64,000 nucleotides of DNA from Paragordius varius (GCA_964247055.1 OZ176052.1:5332001-5396000), one strand, 5' to 3'; positions 22,144-36,811 are shown, numbered from the stretch's first letter. Notes: generated from the letters alone by a model not told the origin. Made by a program: numbers and translations.

Positions 22144-25100
22144 GATGAAGTTCATCCATTTATAGAAGCTTTGTTACCGCACGTGAAATCTTTCGCTTAC
22201 ACCTGGTTTAATTTACAGGCGGCCAAAAGGAAGTACTTTAAGAAACATGAAAAGCGTATGTCTGTTGAAGAGGAGGAAATATGTAAAGAACAATTACAAG
22301 TGAGACAGATAGTTTTGTAATTTTCATTTTTGTATTAAAATTAATGGAACCACTTATAAAGTATTTTTAATAATTAAACAGCACTATTATAGGTCATATC
22401 TGTATTATAAATGGCGCTTAAAGCGTATTTAGTTTACAGGATCTATGTAAGAGATTTTACGTTTTCATTAGTTGCATTTTTAAATATTGTAGAAAAATAT
22501 AGTGTTTGATTAAACATGTACTACTAAAACGAAAATCTCATACATGGTGACAGACGTAAATTAAATACCCTTTTAACCATTTAAAAACAGATATAGCCTA
22601 GGATAGTGCTTGTTAATGTATTAGTTTTTTCGTCTATTTTATATTTATAAACCAAAAATAGTCATTTTGACTACACCTATAAAATTATATTTTTCTATTT
22701 TTTTGCTACATTTTTAAGGTGTCAAAATGTTCTATGAACGTAAAATGAATAACTTCTATTTATTTTACAATCTAAAAAAATTACCACAGCGTTTGGTAAT
22801 AACCGGTCATCATATTGTGTAATTAATTGTTATATTATCAAAACAACACATTTAATACAGCAAAAATACGTAAAATGTTGATTTGACATTCACACATATA
22901 TTTTGTTGAACACAACAAACCAATCTTTAATTTTCGCTTGATAATTTTCAAAATAACAGTTTTTAGGCTAGCATATTTTCTGCATATGTGTGTATTTGTG
23001 TTCTATTTCCTCAGGCTAAAATAATGAAAGTTAATTAAATTTTTTTATATTTAAAAAATAATAATGATAAATTTTTGTTACTTAAAATTAGTACTTTGTT
23101 TTGATTTTACTTGTTTATAAACTCAACAACCAACTAACTACACTTGTGCAGATAAAAAACGATATATTAAATACACAAGTTAGAGATTTTATATAATGGC
23201 TATAAAAGCCGTTATATTGGTTCATGAAATCTTAGCATTTGGAGGGGAGAGTTAACAAATATTTTAGTAAAACCAATTGTGTTTATGGATAGTTTTATTA
23301 CATTCAATCCTATATCACCGTGATAATATTTTCTACATAATATTTGAAATTTGTCAGGCTGAATAATTTTGAATTTTTATTTAATCGGATACTTTTATAT
23401 CTCATTAGTGTATATAAGGGTGATCTTTAATATTTCAAAAACTATCGTATTTTATATTTTAAGTATCCTTAAAATTGCAATGATTTCTAGCTAACTAGTA
23501 CCAAAGTTTTTCTCTCATATTTACTCTACCATATATTATTCATTTTACCTTAATTTAAACGTTGTATCAATATTTCATAATGTTATAAATTACATGTCCA
23601 CTACTGCTGCCCTGATAAATAGAATGAATCCCGTGAAGTCAAACTCAAATGGGCCGTGCGTTTGCTTGGAAAACTACGCAAAGACATTACGGCCGATTAC
23701 AGGGAAGATTTTGTCTTGTGTTTAACCGGAAGGCAAAGTCCCAAATCCAAATGTATCCTAAGTAATCCGGATCAGAAGGGCAAAATGCGTAGGATAGATT
23801 GTTTGAGACAGGCTGATAAGGTGTGGCGCTTAGACCTGGTAATGGTTATACTGTTTCGAGCTATCCCGCTCGAAAGTACGGATGGAGAACGGCTCAGTAA
23901 AAGTGGCCGTGATTGTCGGTTGTCGGCTCTTTGCGTTAATCCTTACCATATTAATGTGGTGATACGTGAACTTGATCTCTACCTAGCAAACATAATAAGT
24001 GTCCATGGTATGTAGTAGTTTTAACGATGAATGATTTTCTTTTTACTTTGATAACTTGTAAGATATGCAACTATGTTCTTGTACCCTTTTTTGAAAAGTT
24101 AATCTTCCAATTCTTAAAAATGATTTAATATTCGTAGAACCATTATGTGATTTTTGCCCTACGTGTCAAAAGATTGTGCGTGAATCAGCTTCAGTCATAG
24201 TTAATCCAGACCAACATAGTACAATCTTCAATTATTTCTTTTTATTAAATACCTGTTTTTTTTTGTTTGGACTAAACTATACTAATACATGGTATTGTTT
24301 TTACCTAGAATCCTTATTAACATGCCGATGTTCTTCACATTGTTTGGATTCTGTCGTTTATCAAACTGGTCCATTTTCTGCCAATGAATTGGCAAAACTA
24401 TGTTCAGGTAATATAGTCCTTTTAATTTAAAACTATATAGAATAAACTTTTTATACAATATCAGGTTTATATGTGTGAGAGTTTTAATAGCTTCCTTTTT
24501 TTAAACTTAAAGATGGTGGATGACAGATACAACCTCGAGATTTTTGTGTGACACAAGTGTTTTGTTTTTTTACAAGTTGGTATTCATTTTTGGTAATTGA
24601 TCTGTTATACATTGAATAACTGCCCACATAATCGGTCGGATTGGGATTAGATATAAGCAAAATTAACAAATTTATTTTTTAATTAAAAAATTTATGAAAT
24701 GTGTTTTATACCATTCTTCATATTTTTATAGGTGATAGACAAGTAAAATTGAGAAATAATATATAAAAAATATAAAAACTAAAAAATAAATATTGTTGTC
24801 AAAAGGTAATTAAGTTTTTAAATCGTTTTGGATTGCAAAAAATAGAGTTTTTTAAAATATAATATTATATATTTTGAAATTGTATTTATATATTTTATGA
24901 AAGGGTAAATAAAGGTTTTAAAGGGGCCCAATCGTTTTTTTCTGATAAAATATTTGTCTTTGGTATTACATTTTATCTGTATAAATCCTTTGTCCTCCAC
25001 ATCAGCCTCAATTTCAGACACACAGAGTTAATTTAAAATTTTTGCTTTTATCCATCTATCACAATAAAATATAATCCAAATATTTAACATGTTGCTAATG

Positions 25101-28100
25101 CATATAAATAGAATCAATACTTGCTAATATCCCTGGGCCCGCAACAAACGGTTCTCATCATCTCATGATGAATGGATTAACGAACTCTGCCAGTCTTGCT
25201 TCCTACAATAATTACAACCATCAACATCATCAAGCACAAGCCCAACAGTTACAACATAACAACCATAACATGCACCATAATGGTGGTAAGATAGAAATAT
25301 TTACGCTACATATAATTTTTTTTCCTTTTTTATCTTTTTTAAGGCTAGGTTTTTAAATTGTATTAAGGGGAGAAACATTTAGATTTGAAACTAGCTAGGA
25401 CTGCTTTAATGGGAAATTTAACAGGTTCGAAACTTTCAAAAACCTATAAGCTAGTTTTTAATAGTGTAAAAGAGTTAAAGATAAGACCTCAAGTTTTTTA
25501 GTAATTTGTAAAGTTGTTGCAGAATTCCCAAAAACATGTCAGCTAGTACGCTACTTTTATGATGTAAATAGCTTTAATTTATTATATATTTATAGTCAAT
25601 TTTGACATGTCTAAAATCTCATGCTTGTTCAATAATTTAGGCAACAATAACCGATCGTCGGCAAACATGCATACATACAATAATAATGCAAATCACAACA
25701 ATATGATTGGAGGGAATAGTAACAATGCGACAAATGGCCACAACAATAATGGGAACTCTAGTCTTCATCAGCAACAGCACTTGAATAATAATGGTGCACT
25801 CTTGTTACAACAACATCACCAACATGTCCAGGCAGCGGCCCTCGCTGCCTTGGCACAAAATAATAACCGGACCAATGAGTCAAGTAGGATTTTTGTAAAA
25901 AAAGTTATTGATTATAAGATATATATTCGGATAAAATGCAGGTGTAAAAAAAGGTATGTATGAGATTATTGATGGTTATATTTTTTCATAAAAAATTAGT
26001 TAAATGATTGCAAATTATTATAATTGTTTTTTATGCCTATTTAATAAAATATCAGTGAATGGCTTGCATTAGATAGAATTTTCAATCAATTTTAAAAGTA
26101 AATTTGCTCCCTTAAAACCAAAATATACAGATTTATAAAAAATTATGTTAACATTTAATTTATCTTTCAAATAGATATTTAAAGTTTTTTTACTATATAT
26201 ATTATTATAGATATGCAGCAACAAAGACAAACAGCCATAATTAACCAAAACAGTATGGTAAATAATCAACAAAGGAATTCTTCCGCAATGAATGGTAACA
26301 TACATATGGAGGCGGATGATGATAGGTATTTATCGGATTTATAGTCAAAATTTTTTGAAACATTATAAATTCATTGACAGTCTTAGTTTTAAGGGCTGTA
26401 AAAAAACTTTAATCGAATTTATAAGTTTATATGCATAAAATTATCACATTATAACGAATTTTATTCACTTGATCCTACTTTAAAAAAAGAACGTTTGAGT
26501 TTTAGTTCATGTTATGAATAGTAGAAAAGATAAAATTATCCATATATAACATTCCCCAGCCCACTAATTTATATTGTTTCTTAAAGTATAAGTTTTACAC
26601 TTTATTCTTATTACCATTAGTTAACAAATCATTTAATCTAGTTTTTTGTCCTTCTTTATACAGTAAACGTGGTCTTAAACGCAGTTCTAACTCTATGAGC
26701 ATTATTGATAATTATATGATGGCTAGTCCAGTTTTACAGGGGAACAATGGTGCTGCTTACGCTACTTCACAAAGCCATAATAATAACAGTAACCAAAATA
26801 ACAATAATATCTCACATCAACACCAACAAGAGTTAAATAACAACAATAATAATGGGAATGGTGGGAACAATAATAATAGCTATGCTGCGACCTGGAGACC
26901 TAATTATATGGCTCACCCAGGTCATATAAATTTATTTTTGCTTTAATATAACTATTTTGGTAGTTTTTAAAAACTATAAAGGTTGAATAACTTTTAGCAA
27001 TTTCCTTTTTTAATTTATATAACAAACTGGTGTATATTAGAAATGTTATAAAATTGAATTGTTAATTGCCCGTGGCAAAAAATTTATTCATCAAGATAAT
27101 ATATAAAAAAAGTTTTACGAATACCAATAACGTCTTGGATAGATTTTAATGACTATCTATCTTTACTTTAGTAGTTTTGTCTAAAAATAAGTTATGTTAT
27201 AGTTTTTATTTTATATGAAGTTTCGCATTAATCCTGGCTTCTTTAAACCATATTTAGCAGGTTATGAATATATGAATAAGCAACAACAAATATTTTCCGC
27301 TTTTGATCCTGTCCTTATAAATCAACAAAGGCAAAATGCTCAAAATCAACAACAAAATGTGAATAATAACCACAATAATAACACGAATAATGCAAATTTT
27401 TCTGGTAATATTTTTGATGCATATTTAGAAAGTTAGAAAAATTTAAATTTCAATTATTTAAAATTTTAAAAGTTTTCACTTCCTTTAGCCATAAAAACCA
27501 ATAATTCGAATGCCGATCTCAATTCCGCCGGTAACCCTATTATGAATTCTGCAACATCCCAACAATCACAAAATCCCACAACATCCAAACTTCAGGTTTG
27601 TAACTAAAAAGTCACTTTTGCCAAAATCTTTTTTTACAAAATGTATTCTGTTCAGGTAACCCTATCTAAAATATATTTGTTTAGGCAAATAATTCTACTA
27701 AACCCCAACCAACCCTTAACTTTGTTCGTGTTAAGAATGAACAGGATTCACCGGGTAACTTTTAATTAATTTTGATGAATATTTTTATTTTTAAACTTTC
27801 TCGCTTATTAACTGTTATATTATGCATAAATTTTAGAAGATTCTGATGGATTTAATTCGTTATCAATGTTACATCCCCTTTCATTTTACAATGCTAAAAA
27901 TGAAAACTCTAATTCAAGTCTGTTACCGCCATCATATGCCTCCCAAGTATTTTAGTTACATTTTTAACTTATAATAAAATATCTCGGTTTTCCATAAATT
28001 TATATTTAAAAAACAAAAGCGTTTCTAAAAAGATAATAATAATAAAATACAAACATCGTTTTGTCGTTCAAATAGCAATTTGAGATATTCAACCCCCCTC

Positions 28101-30700
28101 CCTTCCCAAATAAAATAATTTGACATAAAGGGCGCGAAAATGACGATTATCAAATATTGAATAAACCTTTTTAATGCCTCGATAAGTCTCCTTTTCAAAA
28201 AAATACATCTCCAAAGTCATGTAATTAATGGTAAATGTAAACACTTGATTTCATTTTCATAATCTTACTGATTTAAACACAAGATAAAAATGGTTTTATT
28301 TAATTATCATATTTACATTATTTTCCTACACCAATTTCCGTTGAATTAATTTGAGCGGTATTGTAAGTAGGACGGCTTTAATCTATATGCTTCACGGCTG
28401 ACCACACTTAGAAAAGTCCTTTCGATTTAGCCTTTTAGGGGGCTCATAAAAATAAACCAAATCACAACAAATTTTATTCTGTTTTTACTTTAAAAATTAT
28501 ATGACATAGGCATAGATTTGGCGATATCATTTAAATGTGAATAACTTTTTTGATATATTGATTATACACCAACCTATATATTAAATTTTACAATGCTATA
28601 CCTATTTATAAATTTGACGTAATTTATAACTATATATTAACCACTTTAGATGTTTTCCTACACCAATTTCAGTCCAATAAATTTGAGCGGTATTGTAAGC
28701 CCGACCGCCTTCAATCTGTTTGCTTCACCCTTGACTACACCCAGGAATAGTCCTCCTCGGTCTAGCCCCCCTACTAATGCAAATGTATTGGCCTCCCAAA
28801 CAACAACAATAATTAGTGGTAATAAAACTACAAGCGCTAATAGTTTTTCTTCTAATGCCATTCCAACATCCTCAACTCTTTTTAATGTGTCTGGAAATTT
28901 AAAAAGCAATGCCCCAAACGTTAGTTCTTCAACACAAACTGTTCACCCGGCAGAAAAGTAATTATCAGTATTATTATACCCTGATATAATTATTTTATAT
29001 ATGGCTCTCTCATCAAGAAAGGAAATAATTTTATATATTGGAATGAGCAAATATATATAAGGATTTTATGTTTGGCGATATAATTTTTTTAAATAAATTA
29101 TGTTTTTAAGGTTGAATTTGTAATTACTAATTCATTTCATTTTCTTATATAAAGCAAAGTCCCACTTAAAGGAACTCATGCATCATCATCCTCTGTAGAA
29201 TGTAACAACCTTATGCATAATTTGTCGGTGAATGTTAATTCCAATTTCTTGGGTTTGGATGAAAGCATGGACTATTCTGTACTATCGAGTCTTTTACCCG
29301 TAGTTATGAATGATGATCAGAATGGTGAGATAACTTAAATATATATATATATATATATATAACCACATTAGTTTTCTAAAAATTTCTTATATATGTTTTC
29401 CCCAGAAAAAATGGATTGATTGTAGAAAATCCATTGAATTTTACCATTTTGCAATAAAGGGTTATGTATTGGCTTAAAATGTCTATTAGCGTATGAATGA
29501 AAAACTTATTTGTTTAGAAAATAATATTTTTGGTGTATTTTTTGATTTTGAATTAACTTCTTATTAGCATACAAACACACATTTTCCTCTATACTCCATA
29601 TGTTTTTACTACTTTTAAAGGCAGTCTTGGTTTACTTGGTGTTTAATGCTTTTATAGCCATTTATTTAATTTATTCATTTATTTATTTCTTCTTAAGATA
29701 AAACGAATTCTATTCCTCCACTTCCCGTCATATCACCAACTGGATCTGGTGATGATTTAAATTTGGATGACCCACTCATGTCCTTGAACAATAATAACGC
29801 AAACTCCGACCGTTCACCTGGTACGAATATTTATTTTAAAATAAATTGGCATTTAATTAAAGGTGTTTAAACTAAAAAAACTGGTTATAAAACTTTTTTA
29901 GCATGCTAAATAAATGTAAGGATTATTCATTTTTATACTCTTTCAATATCATTTTTGTTTATCCAATTTAACCAGTTTACCACAAATTTTTCCTTGTTTT
30001 TCGCTATCATATATATATAACTTACTTGATATCTTTAATAAGGTTTTTTGTTCAAAGATTGGCGCATAAACTACAGAAAAAAATTAATCATTTTCAAATT
30101 TCTTTCCTCTTTTGTCTAGATTTAGATAAAGCTTCGTCAAGTAGCAAAGATACCGGCTCCAACAATACCTCTGTTGGAACGGATACTCTCTTGTCTCCAT
30201 CATTGAACATAAACATAAAATCTGAACGTCGGGATAGTGGGGTCATTCTATCCACCAATAATGCGACAACTAGTAGTTCTGAAAACACGTCTTCAGACAC
30301 ATCAAATAACAACAGCAATAATGGGAATGGAAATAATAGTAATCAAAATGCATCAGATGATTTGAGTCGCACTTCAAGTTTTCATAGCACGACATCAGCT
30401 TCATCATCGAACAATGATAGTTGTTTAGGATCATCATCTCAGGATATTTTATCGTCACCCAATAATAATCATAATAATAATGAAAGCACTTCTCAGCTGT
30501 TGTTAAATGCAAAACATTCTGCTGCTGCCGCCGCCGCCCTAATGTGTAAACGTAAGGCAACATCACCATCTTTGCAACAAAAAGAGGATGGGGGTGGCGG
30601 TTCGCCCCATTCTACATGTAGTACCTTGAAAGAGTCAAAAAATGCGTTGCTAGAAAGTAGTAACAACACTCATAAAAAATGTAATATGGAGACATTGTGA
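22144..30700 (+). CDS. NFI: Nuclear factor I (CTF/NFI) transcription factor, 5'-partial. Exons 22144-22299, 23623-24007, 25112-25285, 25596-25883, 26211-26325, 26664-26920, 27261-27404, 27489-27595, 27685-27754, 27837-27946, 28650-28957, 29155-29324, 29698-29820, 30120-30700
   Basis: [39 protein letters not shown] and [45 protein letters not shown] form the NFI DNA-binding domain with its four conserved Cys. Downstream exons are low-complexity but phase-compatible and include a [19 protein letters not shown] motif. The start-codon exon was not located. Confidence 0.9.
24100..24670 (-). mobile_element. Possible decayed DNA-transposon (hAT/TTF-zinc-finger-like) fragment in an NFI intron
   Basis: GC content is above the flanking intron, with coding-like minus-strand fragments ([12 protein letters not shown]...IF) broken by stops. 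Family assignment is weak. Confidence 0.25.
28321..28432 (+). pseudogene. Decayed duplicate of the 5' part of NFI exon 28650-28957
   Basis: 43 of the first 47 nt match 28653-28699. It has an in-frame TGA, small deletions and no AG at the homologous acceptor position. Confidence 0.85.
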
Positions 30701-31949
30701 GAAAATTACGCCACAAGCTTTGGAGTATTAGGACATTGTGCAAAAGAAATACTATGATCCTTGAAAAAAATGGAAAAGTTTTTTACTTCAAGAGTTTTTA
30801 CAGCTTCATAGATTTTAGTTAACTTTGGAAGCATACAATAACACAACAAAAGTATTATTAATTACGCATTCTTCCCCCAATAGTTGCATGTATATATAAT
30901 TGTAAATATATATGAATAAAATGGATCACTTTTACTTACTTTGTGTAAAGTCAAAATATCATTTTTCTCATTTAATTTACTCCGTATTTTATTTATAACC
31001 AATTTTTAAAATGCTTTATAACTCGGTGAATGGTTTATATTGTACATTGATTATGTCTAAAATTATAAATATTATACTGTTGATAATCATTTTTACGGGT
31101 GTCTTTTATTAACCCTTGATTTTACATTTTATTTTGTTTAATTTCTCATTGATAAGTCTCCCTATTGAGCACATTTTTTATTTTTTTTGGCAAAATTTTA
31201 CTATCCGGTGATTTTAATTTTGATTTTTATACGGGTCATTTTTCGAGAGTTGACGAATTTTTACATTGCTCTATTCATGTACATCTATGTCAAAATCTGT
31301 GTTATATAGTCATATACATATTTTCCAAATTTTATACTTATAAATATGTGTGTCATTTTTGACAATTTTTATCTATGATACCATACCCATCAGTAAGCAA
31401 TATATTACAGTAGAATTTAATGTACAATTACACATATTTTCCATAGGCTTTAATATAATCTGTTTAAATTTTATAAAATATGTATCCCAAATTGTAAATA
31501 TTATAGCCATATTTCCTATTATGTATAAAATTATAGCACACAAAAAAAATTAACCAAATTTTATGTCATAAAATACAAAAAAAATATTTTCTATATTTAT
31601 AAATTTTATTAAATCCTATTTTTATTTTCATAGAATAGACCAAATTAGAAATAGTTCAATAATCAAAATTATTTTTTCAATTTTTATTATATATATTATT
31701 TAAATTTATCCATATGACGACAATATGCAAATTCCAAAAGTCACTCAGTTAAATATTATTTTTTAATTGCTATATATACATGTATATTTTAATCATAACA
31801 CAGATATTAATATTTTTTGATGTTATTGTATGTACATATTAACTTTATTAAACTGTAAAAATTGGAAAATAAATTTAATATAATAAAATAATTGTATAAT
31901 GTGTAGGGTTGAGATTATTACCTATTTAACTAAGAGAAGACATCAGCGA

Positions 31950-33140
31950 AAAGTAGCAGCCGATTAATTTGTTACAGATGCCATTTTGACTGACACGTAA
32001 TGAACCAGCCCGGCAAAATCTAGCGTTTTATTTCTATCATTTAATAATCATGTATTTCGTGCCTACCTGAAAAAAACATTTTTGGCCTGCATTGCTATCA
32101 GAAAAAAGGCTGTTGAGAGTTATCGTTTGTTGGTAGAAACATATGGTCATTTGTCGATTAAAGCATGTTTAACATGATATCGAAAATTTAATGTAAATTT
32201 GAATGAGAGTGAGCGCTCGGGTAGTCCACGCAACTGCGAAAACGAGAATGGCCCAACTCAAACTTAACGTCAATTCACACAAGCATCATATTCACAAAAG
32301 ACAATCAGTATACGATTACGAGCAATGGTAAAGACCAATAAACTCGGTAAATGGGTCCCGAACAATTAGAAGGAACACCAAATTGAAAATTGCAGTGAGA
32401 TGTGAAACCCTGCTTCAACGTCAGAAAGGAAACCTTTTTCAATCGAATTAAGGTTAAAGTCGCTTTATTTTGTAAATCCAAGGGGGAAAAATTGTGGCTT
32501 TTACCTTACAAAGCCGGTCCATGAGCATCAAATCGTTTTGGCAAGACCATGTTGTATTCTGATGGGACCAGAGCTGTGTGAATTATAAAATTTTGACACA
32601 GGGGGAACCGTTAATACACATCGCTATCGCTAACAAATAATAATTTAAATCATATAATCGAAACCACCGGAATGGGCCACACCATATGGCAAAGAGATTT
32701 CGCTGACAATGCTCACTCTTACAAAGAAAAACCAGCAAAAGACTCCTTAAAATCGCTATCATTTTTCTCGCATCCCCCGATGTCCTGACATGGCGCCATC
32801 TAACCTCTTCGCAATGGGGCAAACGCTAATAGAGCAGCACTTCATAGAAGATGTTGAATGGCTGGTCTAATGGTTTGCTCCAAAAGATAATTAATTTTTC
32901 TCGCATGGCATATATATATATGAGCTGAGAGACGGGCGAAAAAGGCAGAAGCCGGTGGACAATATATTTAATAAAACAATAGATTACTCTATCACAGTAA
33001 AAATAAATTTATACAGACAAACGTTAAAGTAAATAAGTATTTTTATAAACCATAATATTTTCAATAAAACGTAGGTATGTTCAGTTTGGTTTATATGTTT
33101 TGACAAAGAAAACCAGTAAGACTTATGACTACACCTGTTA
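31950..33140 (+). mobile_element. Near full-length but pseudogenised mariner (Mos1/mauritiana-like) transposon
   Basis: Fragments KKAVESYRLLVETYG, ERSGSP, LRAMVK..KLGKWVP, NRFGKTML, WDQ, PEW and HPP..PDMAPS follow mariner transposase order. The right TIR (reverse complement ACAGGTGTAGTCATAAGTCTTACTGGTT) is at about 33111-33138. Many stops and frameshifts. Confidence 0.9.
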
Positions 33141-33203
33141 TTTATAGACAAACGAAATTTATCTTCGAGCTCACCCTAAAATCGCAACGTTATGTGTTTA
33201 AAA

Positions 33204-33260
33204 CAGTAATGTCCAACATGCAGGCCGCATGCGGCCCTCTGATATATTGGCCGGCGAAAA
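33204..33260 (+). mobile_element. hAT-type MITE left end
   Basis: CAGTAATGTCCAACATGCAGGCCGCATGCGGCCC resembles the common hAT subterminal GGCCGCATGCGGCCC motif. Confidence 0.55.
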
Positions 33261-33699
33261 ATTTGGAAATTTCAAATAAGATCGAACATAAATTGCAATA
33301 ACATGCTTACAAAACCTTAACAATTTGATATTTTTCAAACTATGTCTTTCCAATTGGTAACCATCTAGAAAAAATTGCGAAAATAAATAATATTATGTTT
33401 AATTTTTACAGTCTTATGTTGAAATTCTAATGCCCATACATTTTTCTAATGCAGTCCGTTTTTTGAGTCGAAAATGCACGGGAAGTCATTTGTGTTGGAG
33501 TTCCCTGGTTCAAAACAACGATTTATTATATATTATCAAGTTTATTGAGCAAAACTTCTGGGAAATTTTTAAAGTCAAAACATAAAATCAAAATATAATT
33601 TATTATTATTTTAAAAGAGGAACAAAACTCAGATAAAAAAAATAGCTATAATAAATATAACTTCATCGGAAAACAAACAATAAAATACGCATCTATGGG

Positions 33700-34600
33700 T
33701 GGCAAAATGCCATACTAGAAGGTAAAAGGAGTAAAAATGGTGCATGGTAACGAAGGGTTAGCGCCAATTGGTAAGAAGTTGAAATGGGGTTAATGTCAGC
33801 GAATATTATAACTCATTGAACAATAAGAATTAGAAAGATACCTTTAAAGTAGTGTGGTATACGGTACCACCCAACTAAATCAAGCGTTAGGTGCGGAGTA
33901 TCGGTTACAAAACGCTAAACTGATTTAAAGCATTAGCTTAGGGCGGAACTAAAAATTTATTTTATTTATTTATACGATTTGATGAATTTATTGTTAGGAG
34001 TGTTGCATACTGATTACTGAATCCAATAGATATAATCAAGTGGCTGTTTCATATGTGGTGGAATAATCTTAACGAGGGTGTTGTATGGCAATAGGCCAAG
34101 CGAGCTGCAGAAGGCGTAAGGGTCCAAATAGTAAGCTATCCTAATGTTATTGGGGTTGGTGTATTATCTATGTATTTAACGCATAAAATTTGACAATATG
34201 TTGTGTTATTATTAGTTTATACTTTATAGTACTTTATGCCTGACAGTAATGTATTGATGTCTGTGTTTCTATACGATATATTGATGAAAGGCATATGATG
34301 CATTTTATCGGGACCGGCAAATCATCGGTCGAATATACAGGCCAAACTAACTATTTGCGCCATAAAAAACAAGTATTGAGTAACAAGAGACGCTAAAATG
34401 AACCTCTAGCGTAAAAATAATATCTGGCTGCTTGAACGTTTAGGAAAAGGAACTGGAACTATTTTAGGCTATTTACCATAAATCATACTGCTATAATGTC
34501 AATTATGATTTGCCACTTAAGAAGAATGGGGTTATATTATGGGGAAATCGTTTGATGTGCGGAGGCACGCCCCGCCTAAGTTAGGGAAACCGAATGTGGA
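33700..34600 (-). mobile_element. Possible decayed non-LTR retrotransposon fragment
   Basis: GC content is above the flanks with strong C/A skew on the minus strand and coding-like texture. No diagnostic motif could be confirmed. Confidence 0.25.
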
Positions 34601-35009
34601 ATAAAATATAATGTCACATATCTTTTGATATTTGGCTAAAAACATCACATTTCTACCAAACTAATGCTCTAATGAGTGTATGTTTGTGTTAATTATATAG
34701 CTATAATTTAATGTTTTCGGTGTAAAAAAACTCCGGTTTCTAATGTATCATGATTTTCAAACACTAGAAATATATTTTTAACAACTCCTAACTATAGCGA
34801 TTGGTAGCTTTTTTATAAGGATTGTAAGCCCTTCTCGCCAACATGTCTGGCATTTATATAGTAGTTATATCTTTTTTTAAAATTTTACGTATTAGAATTA
34901 CTCTGAATTCATAAAAACTTTTATACATAGAAAAAGTAAACTGGGGTGTTAGGTCATTATAGGCTTGTATATTTTTATAATCACATTCTACTATATTTGT
35001 TATATTAAA

Positions 35010-35042
<33 letters not shown>

Positions 35043-35735
35043 TTGCATTTAAATTTGTTGAAAAAATAATTTGAATTATCACACCAGAGAAGAAGATTAA
35101 AAATGTCATAAAATTAAATATTATACAAAAAGGATTTAACACCATAATAGAACAATGGTTTTATTATTGTTTGCTAGAAAATACTTTTATAAAAAATTAT
35201 AACAGGTAAATTATGTGATTTTGCATATAATTTTTCGAAATGTAAAAAATCGCCTTAAATTAAATTAGATTTAAATTATATAAATATATTATGGTATATA
35301 TTTATATAATTAAATACATTTTATATTTGGGAAAAAATTAACAGTCAATAAAACTTTTATCATGATGTCAGTGAGAAAAGAAGATTTTATCAATAAATAT
35401 TGCTAATTATAAATCTCAATTTCTTCTCTTACCTAACACAAAACACTACAATATAGCAAAGAGCCTTATTATTAATTACAAGGATTTTATTACTGAATAA
35501 GGAAAGATGATAAAAAATGTAAAAAATTGTGTGTTATAAAATCACACGCCAATTACATCATCTTAATCACCAATAATAATTCTTTTTGATGCTTAATTTA
35601 TTTTATTTTAATTAAATTATACTTTCTTCATATAGGTTATATATATGTAAAATATGATAATTTTAAAAAAAGAGAAAACAACTGAGCTCATTGTTTAAAA
35701 TTGATGATGGTATTATTCGAAAATCGAATAAATAA

Positions 35736-35777
<42 letters not shown>

Positions 35778-36811
35778 ATATAGCAATATTCATTATATAG
35801 GAAAGGAAAAATAAATGCGCATTTATGCCTGCTTACCTGTAATATAAAATATCCAAGTATATTATTTAATACACACAATAATAATATAATGCTATCAGCA
35901 GCTAGGATTTTAATGATTTTCGAAAGTGAATAAAATATTTTTTTCAAAAAAATTGCTTTTTTGCTTGTTGTTTTTGATTTTTTTTAGAAAAAAATTTTTT
36001 TATTAACAATAAGTATCTCAATATAAACATTATTTAATGATCATGACAATAAAGGTACCAACCTTTCCAAAAAGTACAAGTCATTTATTTCATTTAAATG
36101 TGTAATGTACTCATCGTAGTTTACATGAAATTTTTTGTTTTTTTTCTGATAAATACATAATTTAATTAAATTGCGACTGAACTTCATTTTTCGCTAATTG
36201 AGTATTGGTTTGATTGAAACGATTAAATATACAATATTATTCCATTTTTAATCATCTACACTTTTTGAATGAGTAGATATACTCATAATCCATAATCCAA
36301 AACTAGTAAATCGTTTGAAAACATAATATGTATATATGGAGTTAAACAAACAAAAATAATGACAAAATTATATTTTAATTAATTTTTTATCGCAAAGAAT
36401 ATCTATCTACATTTGCTATTCATTACAATTTGTTTTTGTTCAAAGGTTAAATATTTGTAGAAATGCAAAACCAAAATAATTATTTTCAAAATTTTACAAA
36501 TCAATCACGCCCATTTTAATCCTTACATTTTAATTTTACGTTAAAATAAATAAAATTAATTTAATATTATCCAAATATTATGAGAAATTTGGAACATACC
36601 ACTCACTATATTATTTAAAATGTTGATTGTGTGAAAATTAAACATACAATTTTATAATATTGATTGCGTGCATTGAAATATAGCCCCCAAAAGGTTAAAA
36701 AATATTACAGTTAATTAAATTTATATTCCGATTATTGACTGTATTGACTTAGTAATCTCTTTACCTTGGATATTCCCTATTTAATAATATATAGACTTCC
36801 TTGTTTTTGCT

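Noticed and set aside
24371-24396. TGCCAATGAATTGGCA palindrome as an NFI autoregulatory site
   Set aside because: The half-sites are in the opposite order and have different spacing from the canonical TTGGC(N5)GCCAA, and they lie in probable transposon debris.
27255-27260. TAGCAG tandem acceptor in NFI
   Set aside because: It is a real NAGNAG site, but would change only one residue in a low-complexity region, which is commonplace.
30270-30569. Minus-strand ORFs over NFI exons (also 28658-28909 and 30094-30318)
   Set aside because: They are antisense shadows of low-complexity plus-strand coding exons, with no independent homology or splice signals.
34560-34590. GC-rich hairpin GCGGAGGCACGCCCCGC as a Helitron 3' end
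   Set aside because: The stem is short, there is no correctly spaced CTRR terminus and no second copy in the window.
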